Part shown: in pieces, positions 18,001 to 29,773 of the stretch | How the letters are laid out: every line of letters starts with the position of its first letter | How positions within the stretch are numbered: position 1 is the first letter of the stretch | NCBI GenBank assembly: GCA_964035545.1 | Contig: OZ037768.1 | Span: forward strand, 8,898,741-8,962,740 | Source of the DNA: Bugula neritina | Taxonomy: Eukaryota > Animalia > Bryozoa | Direction of reading: 5' to 3' | Length of the DNA: 64,000 nucleotides | Made by a program: the position numbers and the translations under genes | The notes under the pieces: generated by a model | What the model was told of the DNA's origin: nothing | The model's database searches: none | Seen by the model: the letters and a program-made list of their open reading frames with translations, nothing else

Positions 18001-21000
18001 CTAAAATAAAATAACGATACAAATAATAAATCAATCTAGAATTTCTCAGAATATTCCATGCTTTTATTGCTAATTTAAAGCCGACCAGGGACAACCCACT
18101 ACTTGCTAGGACAGGACATCTGCAGTGAAACTGCCATTAAAACGGTCACTTCAACACTTAATTAAATCAATAATAATCGTTTGCGCTTGTTCAACATAAT
18201 GCAAGTAAAATGCTATTAACTTTTATCTCTTAAAATAATTCTCCAGCATAATTACAAAAGTCAAACAGACATTCATTCCCTCTCAACTTGTATTTGTAAT
18301 ATAAATAAATTACATTTTCACTGTGTCCACAAGATGGGATTATTATTAAAATACAATCTCAAAATGTAAACTAAGCCTTGTAACTGAATAACAAGATTGA
18401 AATCTTGTTTGCTCACCTCCACCAGGTAATAATTATTAGCTTGAAGGTGAAATTTTCGATTTAGGCAGCAATTGTTTCAAGTGTATTATTGTGCGCTAGC
18501 TAAAACTATTCCAGTTAACTTAGCAAGATATTTTAATCAACTGAACTAAAAAAAATGCAATACTTTTAATGAAATCTCAGTCATAACAGACCCCACAGCA
18601 TTTATAAGTGAAATTTGCTGGACTGGTTTACTCCTTCCACAATTCAGGTGTGACGTTTTAATTAATTAAGATGTTTAGGTTTCAGACACGTCAGTCAATA
18701 CAATGTTGAAAACATAAACAGCCCCAGGCAAATAATCATCTCACCATCTTCAGAGTTGTCCTCCGTGCCAGATGACGAAATATCATCTGCTTCCCTGCCT
18801 AAAAAATAAAGCATTGCTATGGATTACTGCTGCAGTGGACTGTAGCTGAATTGAAAACATGCAGCGAATTTTCAATCTTTTATACTTTGAATCTGTAAGC
18901 AAGAAATAATGCTAGCAAAATTTTGAATCTTGAAACTGTCAGAATATTTTGATTTTTGCTAACATACCAGGATAAATACACTACATCCACATATATATGG
19001 CAATACTAAATGCATTAAGTTTTCTCAAAAACATCAATTACACTAGTGTTTGCATAATCAAGTTGAATATAGAATGCATATGGGAATAAAATACACCACT
19101 CAAAGAAAATGATTGAAAGGAAGTTTTTATTCATTTCTTCTGATTTGTGTTTTAAGTTGATAAGAGCTTTCTCCTGACAACAGCCGATTATGCAGATTTA
19201 GATAAATTTGTTCTGCTATAAAGTGTTGACAATGCACCTATGGGACATGTGCACAAAATCAAGTAAAATCTCAAATCCCAGTTGTATATTTGACATAATA
19301 TTTGTAGCTTGGCTAATAATATTTATAGTAAAGAACTGCTTTATAAAATATAGATTTGCATGGGCATGCTGCACACGCTAGTATTATTTATAAGCACACA
19401 GGAATTATAGAACATAATAATAAACCTTCTATTAAACCTAGAATTCGCTTCTTAGACATGACCTCAATTTGGTCACAACAAAATTCTTCAACCTCAGCCA
19501 CTGTGTATTTCTACAAGAAAACACAAGAACCAGAATTAGCATTAGAATTAAGATATCGAAATATAAAGCATTATGCTGCTATTTAACACCTGCCAAGTGC
19601 ATTTCCATCACCCATAACTTGCTTGAAATTTACAAATTATAAATTCACTGCTTGTTAATAACCTAACTTTGGGAACAGAATATATCAAGTTTAAAAGCTA
19701 GTTAGATAAATCAATGGATGGATTAAAGCGTTGCAAATTAAACTTGAAATTTAAATAATCTAGATTTATAACTTTGTTTAGATATAACTCCAAAAGGTAA
19801 GCTTAAAGTAGGCCTGTTTGATTATACAACCACAGATAGGTGGTACTTTAGAAAGTAAAGAATGCTTCAATAGAAAAATAGACGAGACACAAGATTAACA
19901 AATTTAGAATATTTACAGTTAGAGATAAATTATAAACGGTTAGACCAATCAGCTTCAACTCTGGCCAACTAATGTGAATGATTGGTAGTCGACTCAAAAA
20001 TTAAACTTAAATCAAAGTATTTAAATCTAAATTAAGAGCATTACATAACTTGGGCAATTAATCACCAGTGATTTATTTATGACTATGGGCAGACATTGAA
20101 ACCGACAAATTTGCATTTTAAGTATATGCACATACTAATGTGCAGAAGTGCACTGTTACCTTCAAAATTTCAGGAAGCATCGATTCAATTTTTGATTTTT
20201 TCAAACTAGCAAACATCTGGCACACCATCTCTCGCCTGTCCCTTATGTAATAGCTAATAGGATACAGTTCTTTCTCCAGATCCATATCTGAACTTTCAGC
20301 CTCAATGTCAGCTTTCTTTTTCACCTTCTTCTTTGGAGGCTAAGACAAACATCAGCAAGGTGAGAGGCATATAATAATTATACTACTGATGCAATGCATT
20401 GGAACCTTCAAACTGAAAGTATTAGCTAACACCAGCACTGAATAGTAAAGCATTATTTTATTGTTGAGGTCCCACACTGACTACAAAATCAAGTATTTCG
20501 CAATTTGTTGAGTGCAGTTTATAAAAAACTCGATTTACATGCAAATAAAAAAATGTTCTCACACTTCTTTTCAAATGTTGAACCAAGTACAAAAATGGCC
20601 AATAAATAACGCTAAGTCACACACTTTTGCAAAAGACATTGGTTTTTCATAGTTGTTACAAAACAATTAAAACAGGTATGGAATCTGTGTGGTATCAACA
20701 CCAGTTGAGCCATTTCAAACAGCTAACCCCAGAAGCATGGTAGGCTAGACAGAGTGTCACGGTGGGAATAACCATCAACACCGAACAACCAACTAACTAC
20801 ATTAGTTCCAATCTTATCAGAGGGATCTCTATTAGTTGAAAAAATGATGTAATCAAGCTTACCACGACAAAGACACACAGTGCTAGGCATGCCACAAAAA
20901 TATTATACAATTACATCTAGGGTAATGGATTAACTGGTTGATAAAGATAGCAAGACAACCTAACACTGGTACTTGAGCTACACAGTCCTAGTCACATGAT

Positions 21001-21532
21001 CCAAGATTTATTTGGTGATAGTGATTCTATGTATACTGACTACAGTATGGTAACAGTGACACAATGTCAATGAAGAGTATGGACTCTAGATAAACAATGA
21101 TGTGCAGCACCCGTGAAACAGTCAAGGAGTACGATCAAACAAGTACACCAACTGCAGCACTTCTCCAAACACAGCAACACAATGAATGGTTAAACTTGGC
21201 TCTAAATTTGAGTTCAAGGAAGAACCGTACATGTTGATAAAGTTGTTTTAAAACTGCCTCTACACCACAATACTATTATGCCAGACACTGTGTTGTCATA
21301 AGATTTGGGTATTTTGTATTTGAAGCAAAGCATACTGTGCTGATTTCAATATAGACATAATAGAAGCTAGTACATATACATATAATACAAATACCTTTCT
21401 GTGAGCTGAGGAATCAGACTTTTTTCTCACTTTTTTGAGTGAAGCATTCACTACCTCATCACTTGCATGTTCTTTAACTTTCTTCTTTTTCCTGGGCTTT
21501 TTTGGGTCTTTTACAGTGCTGTCTGGTAGCAT
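9030..21532 (-). CDS. CAAP1: CAAP1-like protein (caspase activity and apoptosis inhibitor 1) with a long disordered C-terminal extension, about 898 aa. Exons 21532-21395, 20339-20160, 19510-19426, 18798-18745, 18000-17942, 14298-14226, 13774-13661, 12517-12459, 11138-10775, 10600-9030.
   Basis: CAAP1-domain motifs LYPISYYIRDRREMVCQMF..IESMLPEILK / VAEVEEFCCDQIEVMSKKRILGLIEG and the signature LEILELEMRARAIK. Lys-rich N-terminus (putative NLS). Ten exons join in frame (2697 nt) with GT-AG ends. The middle exon boundaries are less certain than the domain call. Confidence 0.85.
16050..16600 (-). mobile_element. Possible heavily decayed hAT-family transposase relic in a CAAP1 intron
   Basis: Minus-strand fragments read PILDRVA (cf. 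hAT YPILDxI..L..RF) and, across frameshifts, KLNR.KN..RTDLS..HLHNM (cf. the hAT C-terminal dimerisation region). Many stops. Recognised by eye only. Confidence 0.3.
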
Positions 21533-23859
21533 ACTAAACCTAACATGAAAAACGCTGCTTTAAAACTTTACATAAAGAAGTCAGTACATGTCTATAAAAC
21601 AGAAATCATAAAAAATATAATCTCTCATCTATCACCATGATAACTTAGTACAAAATAAAACTAGCCAAAATTTGTCCAACTAATTTTATGTTGTGGGTTG
21701 TTGGAAAATTGACAGATTTCAAAACTTCCACAAATAAATCGCACCTTCAAAATTTGCATGACAATAGCCTACTGTTTTTAAATTTTATCTATTTTAGGTA
21801 ATTTCTCCCTCATTTCAAATTGCCTAAGTAAAGGAAAAAAGTCCGGAATTGTAACATTTACCACTATTCTCAAAAGTCTAGATAAAAGTTTACAGCATAC
21901 TGAAAACATAAGGTATCATATTCAACGTTTGTGCTATAATCAGTTTGCTTAAAGCTCCATGTGAATTAGCATTTCTATAACCAAAAGAAACTTTCACACA
22001 TTAAAAGTTGCCACCATGAAAAGTTTCTATTGTTTGTGCATTTTAGCGGTCAACTACCAAAAAATAAAATTCAGACTACTTTCTCAAATGCAACATGTCT
22101 CACAACATTTGGCTTATAAAAATTCAAATGTAAAATAATCAGGTAATAAGTCGTCCTGGCATAGGTTATGAAATAATTAAACTGAAAATTATGCAAATTT
22201 TTTATTTATAACAGCTGGTCTTCTTCATTGGTTCATGTGAAAACAGAATTTCACACTATGGTAATGATTCATAGAAGGTGTGCTAATGTGAATTACCAAA
22301 ATAGCTCAATAATAACCTATTGCACTAAATGCAAAATTTCAGTCAATACACCAACAGCATAGAAGTTAAAATGTGATTTCAAAATGCTAATTAACATTTT
22401 TCCTATAAATTTAATCAAATTAGTTCAAGATGCAACAACGTACCAGTTGAAGCAGATATTACAAATATAGAAATATAACCGATTGATGATGAAACCCAAC
22501 TGTAGTAGTAGCAGATTAAGTTAAAACAAATGAACTTAAATGCATATACCTGTAGCAAACAGTTCTATTAGAAAATATAAAAAGTCAGCTTTACATATTT
22601 GAAGTGTTATTACTCGATCTACTAATCATAAAAGATTATCTAAAAATTTCAACATAACTTTACTTTTGCTCCATTTTTATATGTACGATATTAATTGATA
22701 CACAAACTACACAGGCACAAAACCTAAACAGGCTAGATACTAGAAACTGGTATTTAGGTAGACATATAGTTGACATGCCTAAAATTTATAATTATGCAAT
22801 ATATTTTTTTTAAAAAGTGTAAACAGCAAAGCAAAATTTGATTAAATTGCATTTTGTGACTAAAATTAAGACATGCAAAACAATTGATAGCTTTAGATAG
22901 TCAAACTTTTAAAAATAATTGATAATCTGAGTTTTTTTTAAAATGTAATTTTTTTGTTTTGCATAATTTGAACCTACAATATAAAGTTACACCATCTCCA
23001 ATAAAAATAAAGCGGTTGTAGCAACGCCCACTACATATTTTCAAAATTTTGCTTTACGCTGCATGTCTATTTTATTAAATTGAATCTGCATTATAATCAT
23101 CATTATGCCGCGACATGGATATCAGACTAACATATTACACTGATACTCATTACAGTTGTCATCGACTCGAACCTACAATATTTTCCTATTGTTAGCCACG
23201 GCTATTTAATTTTCAAAAAAATATATATAAGCTAAAGGGGAGAATTTGCATAATTAACTTCATTTGTTTGCAGGTGTTTTCAATATAAATCGTGCAGTGT
23301 TGAGCAATTATTACTTCTGAATTTTAGCTCTTGAATATTAAAAGAGTTTTTATTCTTAGACTGCTTTGGGTAATAAATTTTGTACTGAATAAATATTTTT
23401 AAAATTTTGACAAAGTGAAAACCTGATCCTGTAAGGAAACAATGAGTAAAGTACATAGACAGTATTATTTATTTTACTACATATAAATTTCAACTAGAAA
23501 CAAATGTGGTTTATACAGTTCTATTGGGTTTAGAGTTTGAATATCTTTCCGTTTTAAGTTCCAGTTTTGAACTAAAATACTGAAAAAGCAAGCAGGCTAG
23601 CACAATAGCCATAATTCTATTAAACATTTATTAGTATTAATTATTTATATTTATGCTACTAAACTAAACAATCATCATCATGATTCTTAATAATATTGCA
23701 TTATTATCACTACCATAAATACGAATATGTGTAAATAAAAGCTTCAAATAATTGTTTATTTAAATAAGTATTTTTACTGGTACTCTCTATAAAAACAAAG
23801 GCTACCGTAGCAACTACAACAGCTAGTGGGACATTTTCCTTTGAGCGCAATCAGCAAAG

Positions 23860-25292
23860 TTTTTGGGAAGTCATTTTGGCCTAACTACAGATCCCGGCTG
23901 CATGAGTTTATCCAGAATCTCAGAGCAGATTCAGAGCAGAAAAATCTACAACCAAAATGATCTCCATCAGACAGCTACAAGGGAAATGCCGGGAGCAAAT
24001 CAAGCCAATTTTCTTTGCCTTCATATAACTGACCAAGGCATTTAACCACATTAGCAGAAGTGGTCTTTTTCAAATCCTAGAAAATATTGGCTGCACTTCA
24101 TCTTAAAGTCTTTTCATATAGATAAGCTCAGCACAGTGGGGCACAATGGCTAAACATCAGATCTTTTCCCCATCAGGAGGGAGTCAAGCTGAGTACTTGC
24201 CCAACCTTCTTTGGAATTTTCTTTTCAATGCTTTTGGCACATGCCGTAATGAACAACAAAAATGGAGTTTAATCACACCGAGCCCTGACGGTAGGCTGTA
24301 CAACCTGGCCAGATTATGAGTCAAAACCAAAGATGAGGCAGGTCACCATCAAGGAAGCCTTCTTTGCTGATGATGCTGCTCTGGCAACATCCACAAAACT
24401 AATCAATCATGTGGCTTCAGTATCAAGAAGACTGAAGAGATGAAACAGAATACTGACTCACAACTAAGCATCCACATAGAAAGTCAGAGTTTAGCTCAGT
24501 TGACAGATATCAGTATCTAAGATCTACCATCAGCGCAAACCTCTTCCTTGAACCTGAGATCAACTCAAAAATTGCAAAGACTTCCGCAGTAGTGTCCAAG
24601 CTACACAAGAGAGTGTGGGCAAACAACAGTCTACTAGCAAACACCAAGAGGCATGTATACAGAGCATACACTCTGTCCACACGACTCTACTCCTGCAAAA
24701 CTTGGATATCCTACACTACTTAGAAAACCGACTAAAGAACTTTCACTTGCGCTGTCTGCAATGAGTACTTGGGGTTACATGGCAAGACTGAATTCATAAC
24801 ACTGATGTGTAGCAACGTGCTGGACTGCTGACAATTTTTAACCTTTTGAGCTAGCAGCATCTTTGCTAGCTTGATAATGTGTGTAGAATGAAAGATGACC
24901 AGATCCCCAAGACGATGTTGCATGAGGAGCTTTAAAAAGTTTCAGGCCCTAGAGGCATATTAGATTATGCCTTAAAGACACCCACAGAAAGGATATGAAG
25001 AGCGCTGGGATTAATATTCAGTTACAGAAAAGCTTCGTGGATCCCAGGTTTTCAAGAGGTCTGCAGTACAGAACGGCACGGGGTAAGCTGAGTAAAGTCA
25101 CACTAGTTACTTAAGGAAAAAGAACCACACGCAAATCTAGGTCCTCAGAACAGGTGGCAACAACACACATATGTAGGAGTGGTTTCAATAGCAAATAACG
25201 GTCACTTCCACATTAGCTTATACAGCCATACAACTGAGAATCACTCTACCTGGTGCAGTCATCGTCTCTTGAGACGGGACAAGGTCAATGAC
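23860..25292 (+). mobile_element. 5'-truncated, degenerate RTE-clade LINE (reverse transcriptase region plus 3' end)
   Basis: Frameshifted fragments PESQ..FRAEKSTT.MI, SRSGLFQILENIGC, FFADDAALA (RT catalytic motif, GCTGATGAT near 24366), KKTEEM, STISANLFLEPEINSKIAKTSAVVSKLHKRVWANNSLLANTKRHVYRA. Ends with an RTE-like 3' hairpin CGTCTCTTGAGACG near 25263-25277. Confidence 0.88.
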
Positions 25293-25499
25293 ATGGATTT
25301 TCATTTGTATTGTGAATGGTGAAAACTTTATTACTTTTATCATAATCCCAATACTGTAATAATATGAATTACAATAACTAAAACAACTTATTATTTGATT
25401 ATAGTACATAGCACCAATATCTGTAATAGTCCAAACATATATTAAAATTAAAATCCCAATCACAAGCTCAATGTGAATGTTTATGTTATTCAATTAGCA

Positions 25500-26135
25500 C
25501 TATGAATCAATGATAATGATATCCTGATACTCATACAGACATACTGATACTAATAGTAAATTACTCTTAGTATGACTATGAGTATGAGTATCAATATGAG
25601 TATTACATTTACTCAGTAATACTCATGGTGAGTTAGTCATACTGACTATCACTATGAGTATGAGTAGGAGAAGGACTAACAGACTGAGCCACAGTAAGAC
25701 TATGCTTAAATATAAGTATATCTGTGACAGTTACAGTATCACTATCAGCATTAGTATAACTATAAGTATAACTATAAGCAACACTAACGGTTTGAGTTAC
25801 AGTATGACTATGACATGAGTAACCACTACACTAACAGTAACACTAACTAAAACACTTACTCCGAGAGCAAGTTCAACAGTATGAGTAACTCACTCTAATT
25901 CTCAGTAACTGGTAAGTGTAACACTAACACTAACAGTAACTGTAAGATTAGGAGTAAAAGTAAGTCACTTACTTTTAGTAAGACTAAATCTTAGACAAGA
26001 GTAAGACTGAGTCACTCATTAAGAGTAACTGTAAGTGTAACTGTTACTGTAAGTGTAAGACTAAGAGTAAGTGTAACACCTACACTTACAGTTACACTAA
26101 CAGTAACTCTAACAGTAACTGTAAGTGTAAGGTCA
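25500..26135. repeat. Degenerate 6-bp-period array (AGTATG/AGTAAC/ACTAAC/TGTAAG/AGTAAG units)
   Basis: GTAAG recurs at 25912, 25942, 25960, 25978 (same phase mod 6) and at 26001, 26031, 26049, 26055, 26067, 26121, 26127 (same phase mod 6). Long A/T runs are nearly absent. Confidence 0.85.
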
Positions 26136-26199
26136 AATACTTAGGTTAACTCGAGTCAATTTCAATAAGTTTGTGTATTTTTGTGCAAATAATTCATGA

Positions 26200-26460
26200 A
26201 AACGCCTTGCTAAAAGATATTTATTTTATTTCATAAACCGGCTTATAGTTTATATTAGTTTTTAAAATTAAATTGTTCACCCTTCTGTGACACTGGCTGT
26301 AACCGTTGCCCATTCGGCCATTCCTAAAATTATGCACATATAAAATAATTATAATGTAATCGCTCAATTAAATGAGCTATCTGCTTGACTTGTAAGCATT
26401 TTGCGACATAATGAAACGGGTTGTTACACTCCAAAATAGTCAGCAGACAACGCCTACTTG
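26200..26460. promoter_or_regulatory. Putative promoter island between the divergent CAAP1 and zinc-finger genes
   Basis: Local CpG enrichment (AACGCC, ACCGG, ACCGTT, TTCGG, GCGAC, AACGGG, AACGCC) in CpG-poor DNA, bracketed on both sides by hexamer arrays. Position lies between the 5' ends of divergent genes. Confidence 0.4.
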
Positions 26461-26484
26461 AAGTCTAATTATAGTTATGTCAAA

Positions 26485-26940
26485 TATTTAGTCATAGTCA
26501 TAGTGATAACAATGATTCAATGTAAATATGAGTAACAATTACCAATATATGTTAATTATAATATCTACAGATATTACAATTTAATATAATTCATTATTAT
26601 CATACAACTACTATATTCTTACTATAACTTTATTATTATTGATGTGAAATTTTTAATTAATAATAATTATAGGTATACTTAGTCTTATACTTAAAGTATA
26701 ACTATAATGTGATCAATTATTTATACTTATTTCAATACTTATTTTTCTATTTCAATCATGTTTATTTTGGAATTCAAATTTAACACCATTTTTATAATTA
26801 TACCAAATTAATAATTATTGGTATAACATTAAATACGATGTATTTATATTTATCAGCCTAATTAGGTTTACCTTATAAGTTTTATATAACTATATTTAAT
26901 TTTATAGTTAGTTAAGTTATTAATCATAAGTGTATCACTT
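26485..26940. repeat. More AT-rich degenerate hexamer tract to the right of the putative promoter
   Basis: AGTCAT AGTCAT AGTGAT AACAAT ... AGTATA ACTATA units in 6-nt register. Confidence 0.55.
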
Positions 26941-29529
26941 TGCTCGCTACAAATATTTACTATTCAGTTAGCGTTAGTTCAAAAACTGCTATTTTATATC
27001 ACCTTACAGTTACATGCCTCAAAACTAAGGTGTTTTACTTGACTTGGCCACTCATTGATTTGAACTAGCATGATTTTAATGTAGCTTTAGCGAATTAATA
27101 ATAAATACAATTATTATTATGGCTAAGTCAAAATAAAGATATAAATTTCACCATAATTTTTTTTCAAAAATATGATAGTAATCTAATTGCCCTTTTTAAG
27201 CTTTTTATCATTTACCAAAGCTATGCTAAAGTTTTAAAAACCAAATGAATCACTGGACAAATCAATACCAATCATTGCTTATATAGGCTGGAAATAGCAT
27301 GTATGCACTTAGTATAGACACTTATATACATGTATAATACTTATGTCCATTCAGATAATATAACTTATAAGTTTAACAAATCGATTCAAGTCAAATTTTA
27401 AGTAATTAACTCAGCAACTGCTTTATTTAGTCAATATTGCAGAAGCCTAACATCATACCACAACAATTAAAGGTTACTTTGCTATTGTCAGTGAAAAAAA
27501 TAGTGAAAAACTCGAAGTATCTGTGCAGTAATAGTTTTAGCCAATTGTTTTAGTATAAGAAGTTGTCTGTCCATAAAATAAGCCAAATGGTCCAAGCCCA
27601 AATGCCAATTTTAAATGCCAAACCAAATAAATACTAAAACACTAAGCTGAACAAAAATATGCATCATTCTACACAGGTATAGGTCAACTGGCAATGATCA
27701 CTAGTACTATTTATAGCTTCATTTTAATTATTATTGTTCTGTGTCTTTGATTACAATATTTTTAGTTGGATGTTTCGTGGATAATATGTTAGTTGAACTA
27801 ACAACTAATCATTAGATGTAAAAAAAGTGCAGAATAGCTAATAAATTATTTTGAATAACTGAAATCGCCAGTAATTCAAATGAACCTCTTTTAGTGATCT
27901 ACCAGGCGTTACCAGTCAATGAGGGCTCCTATAAACTAAACTTGTTTTTTTAGAAATTATTACTTTTTCTAAACCTACCATTATATTTGAATTAAGTAAA
28001 TAACTATGTAAATATTATTGCAGTCAAATCATAGGTAAGTAGAAACTTAAAGGTGGTTTAACAAGGTAACTCAGTAAGGAATATTCAGTAATTTGTGCAA
28101 TGATTAGAGAATTACATATCTTATGTCGTCATTCTGAATTTAGTGTCAAATCTAGTTTGTGAAGATTGATATCGCAAGCTGCACTGGATATTTTTAAATC
28201 TCCGGTCTTAATTGTCTGTTGTTGCTTTAATTACATTCTTGTTGCAGTTTGACTACTACTTTCAACATGAATAGTTTTGACAGGATTCATATTGCATACT
28301 TTATACTGCCAGCATTTCTCTAACATTATAATATTCTGGCAGTCCCTTATGTTAAATGTGTTAGTTATGAATGGTGCAAGTAAGATGCGGTGCAAATGAT
28401 TACACACTTTTACCTGAGATCATAACATGTCTACCAGGAGCATTTAGAGGCTGATACAAGTTTTGGATCGCACCCAAAAACAAAAATGAGTTTTTTGCTA
28501 TGCTATTTAAATGTATGGCTGTAGTCCACATTCAACTACTTTGAAAAGTTGGGCAGTCACTTAGCATATAAGAAATTTTTAAATTCTGAGTAGTGTTTGC
28601 ATTTTGTTATTTGACTTTCAAGTTGACAGAATATTGTTTATTCAGAAATGTCTGCCATCTGGCATGTAAAAGTAACACTCTTTAACTAACTAGATTGTTC
28701 AATTCACTGTGGGATAAAAATGCAAGTGAATAATCTTCTAATAGAGATTTGTGCCTAATTATTTTTAGATCAATTTGGCTGAAGAATTTATAATTAGCTA
28801 TTAAATTACAAATACATGACCTACTTGGTTTTTTGAATAACTATAATAAACATACTTTGCTGTTTTCTTAACCATTTAAATTTGAATTTAATTAACACTA
28901 CTTTGCCTGTATTTGGTTCTGTTGATAAACAGACTGAGATGATTAAAAGAGATGGCAATGTACTGTATTTTGATTTAAATGTCAGAGTTAAAACTTTCTC
29001 AGTAATGATTCTTTTTCTGTTTATAGTTTATACATACAACAGCATACATACAGTCAGTTATTGGATAGAATTTCCTTACAAGCGTTGTACTTGTAAATTC
29101 TCCAAATTTCATATTTTGTTGTTTTGTTTTAATTTGCTCATACGCTATTCAAGTATGGCTAGTAGTTGAATGTGACATTGGCGGTGAAAGTAGTTCCAAA
29201 CCTACAGTAAACAGCTTTCATACGCCTGTGTTTAGTAACAGTGAGATGCAGGCTCTTCAATAGACAATAATTCAGTTTTGCTAATTAAAATCTTAAAATA
29301 TTTGCTTTGATACAGCCTGATAAACATGATAGTTTATATCTTCCAATACGAGCTATGCAAGTAAAGTGAACCTAGTCAAGCATGTAAAATGCGTGTATGA
29401 CGACTTCTACTTCATTATTCTGAATTAGGCTTGCGTTAAATATATTATATTGTACGACCATGTCTTGGTGCTTTTAGCAGGAATTCTGTCCGATCCGAAC
29501 TCCTATTATCAAAGCTATCGTCTTCAATG

Positions 29530-29773
29530 ATTTAACCAATCAGAACAGTTGGATGAATATAGATATGAAAACAAATGACAATACGAGTATTTTAATGTCA
29601 GTAAGCCAGTGAAGAATTACGCTTTTGTAACAGTGCTTAGATCTATGCCAGTTTCAACTTGGAGTATTGAGACTTGGTCAGGTTTTGACCACTGCTCTTG
29701 CTTCTAACTTCTACTTATGCAATGAAAGATTTGTGAACCTTCATCTTCTTTATCTTTGCATTTGTAGGTAAGT
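29530..29773 (+). promoter_or_regulatory. Candidate CCAAT promoter and non-coding first exon of the zinc-finger gene
   Basis: AACCAATCAG near 29535 with local CpGs, followed by a strong AG/GTAAGT donor at 29768. The first coding exon has an acceptor at 35100, so an upstream exon (or a trans-spliced leader) is implied. Confidence 0.35.

Noticed and set aside
26000-26135. Stop-free frames in the hexamer array (VTVSVTVTVSVR..., SNCKCNCYCK...)
   Set aside because: No start codon or splice context; an expected by-product of hexamer periodicity.
25500-26135. CRISPR-like or true telomeric array
   Set aside because: No constant repeat with unique spacers and no run of TTAGGG units; eukaryotic context.
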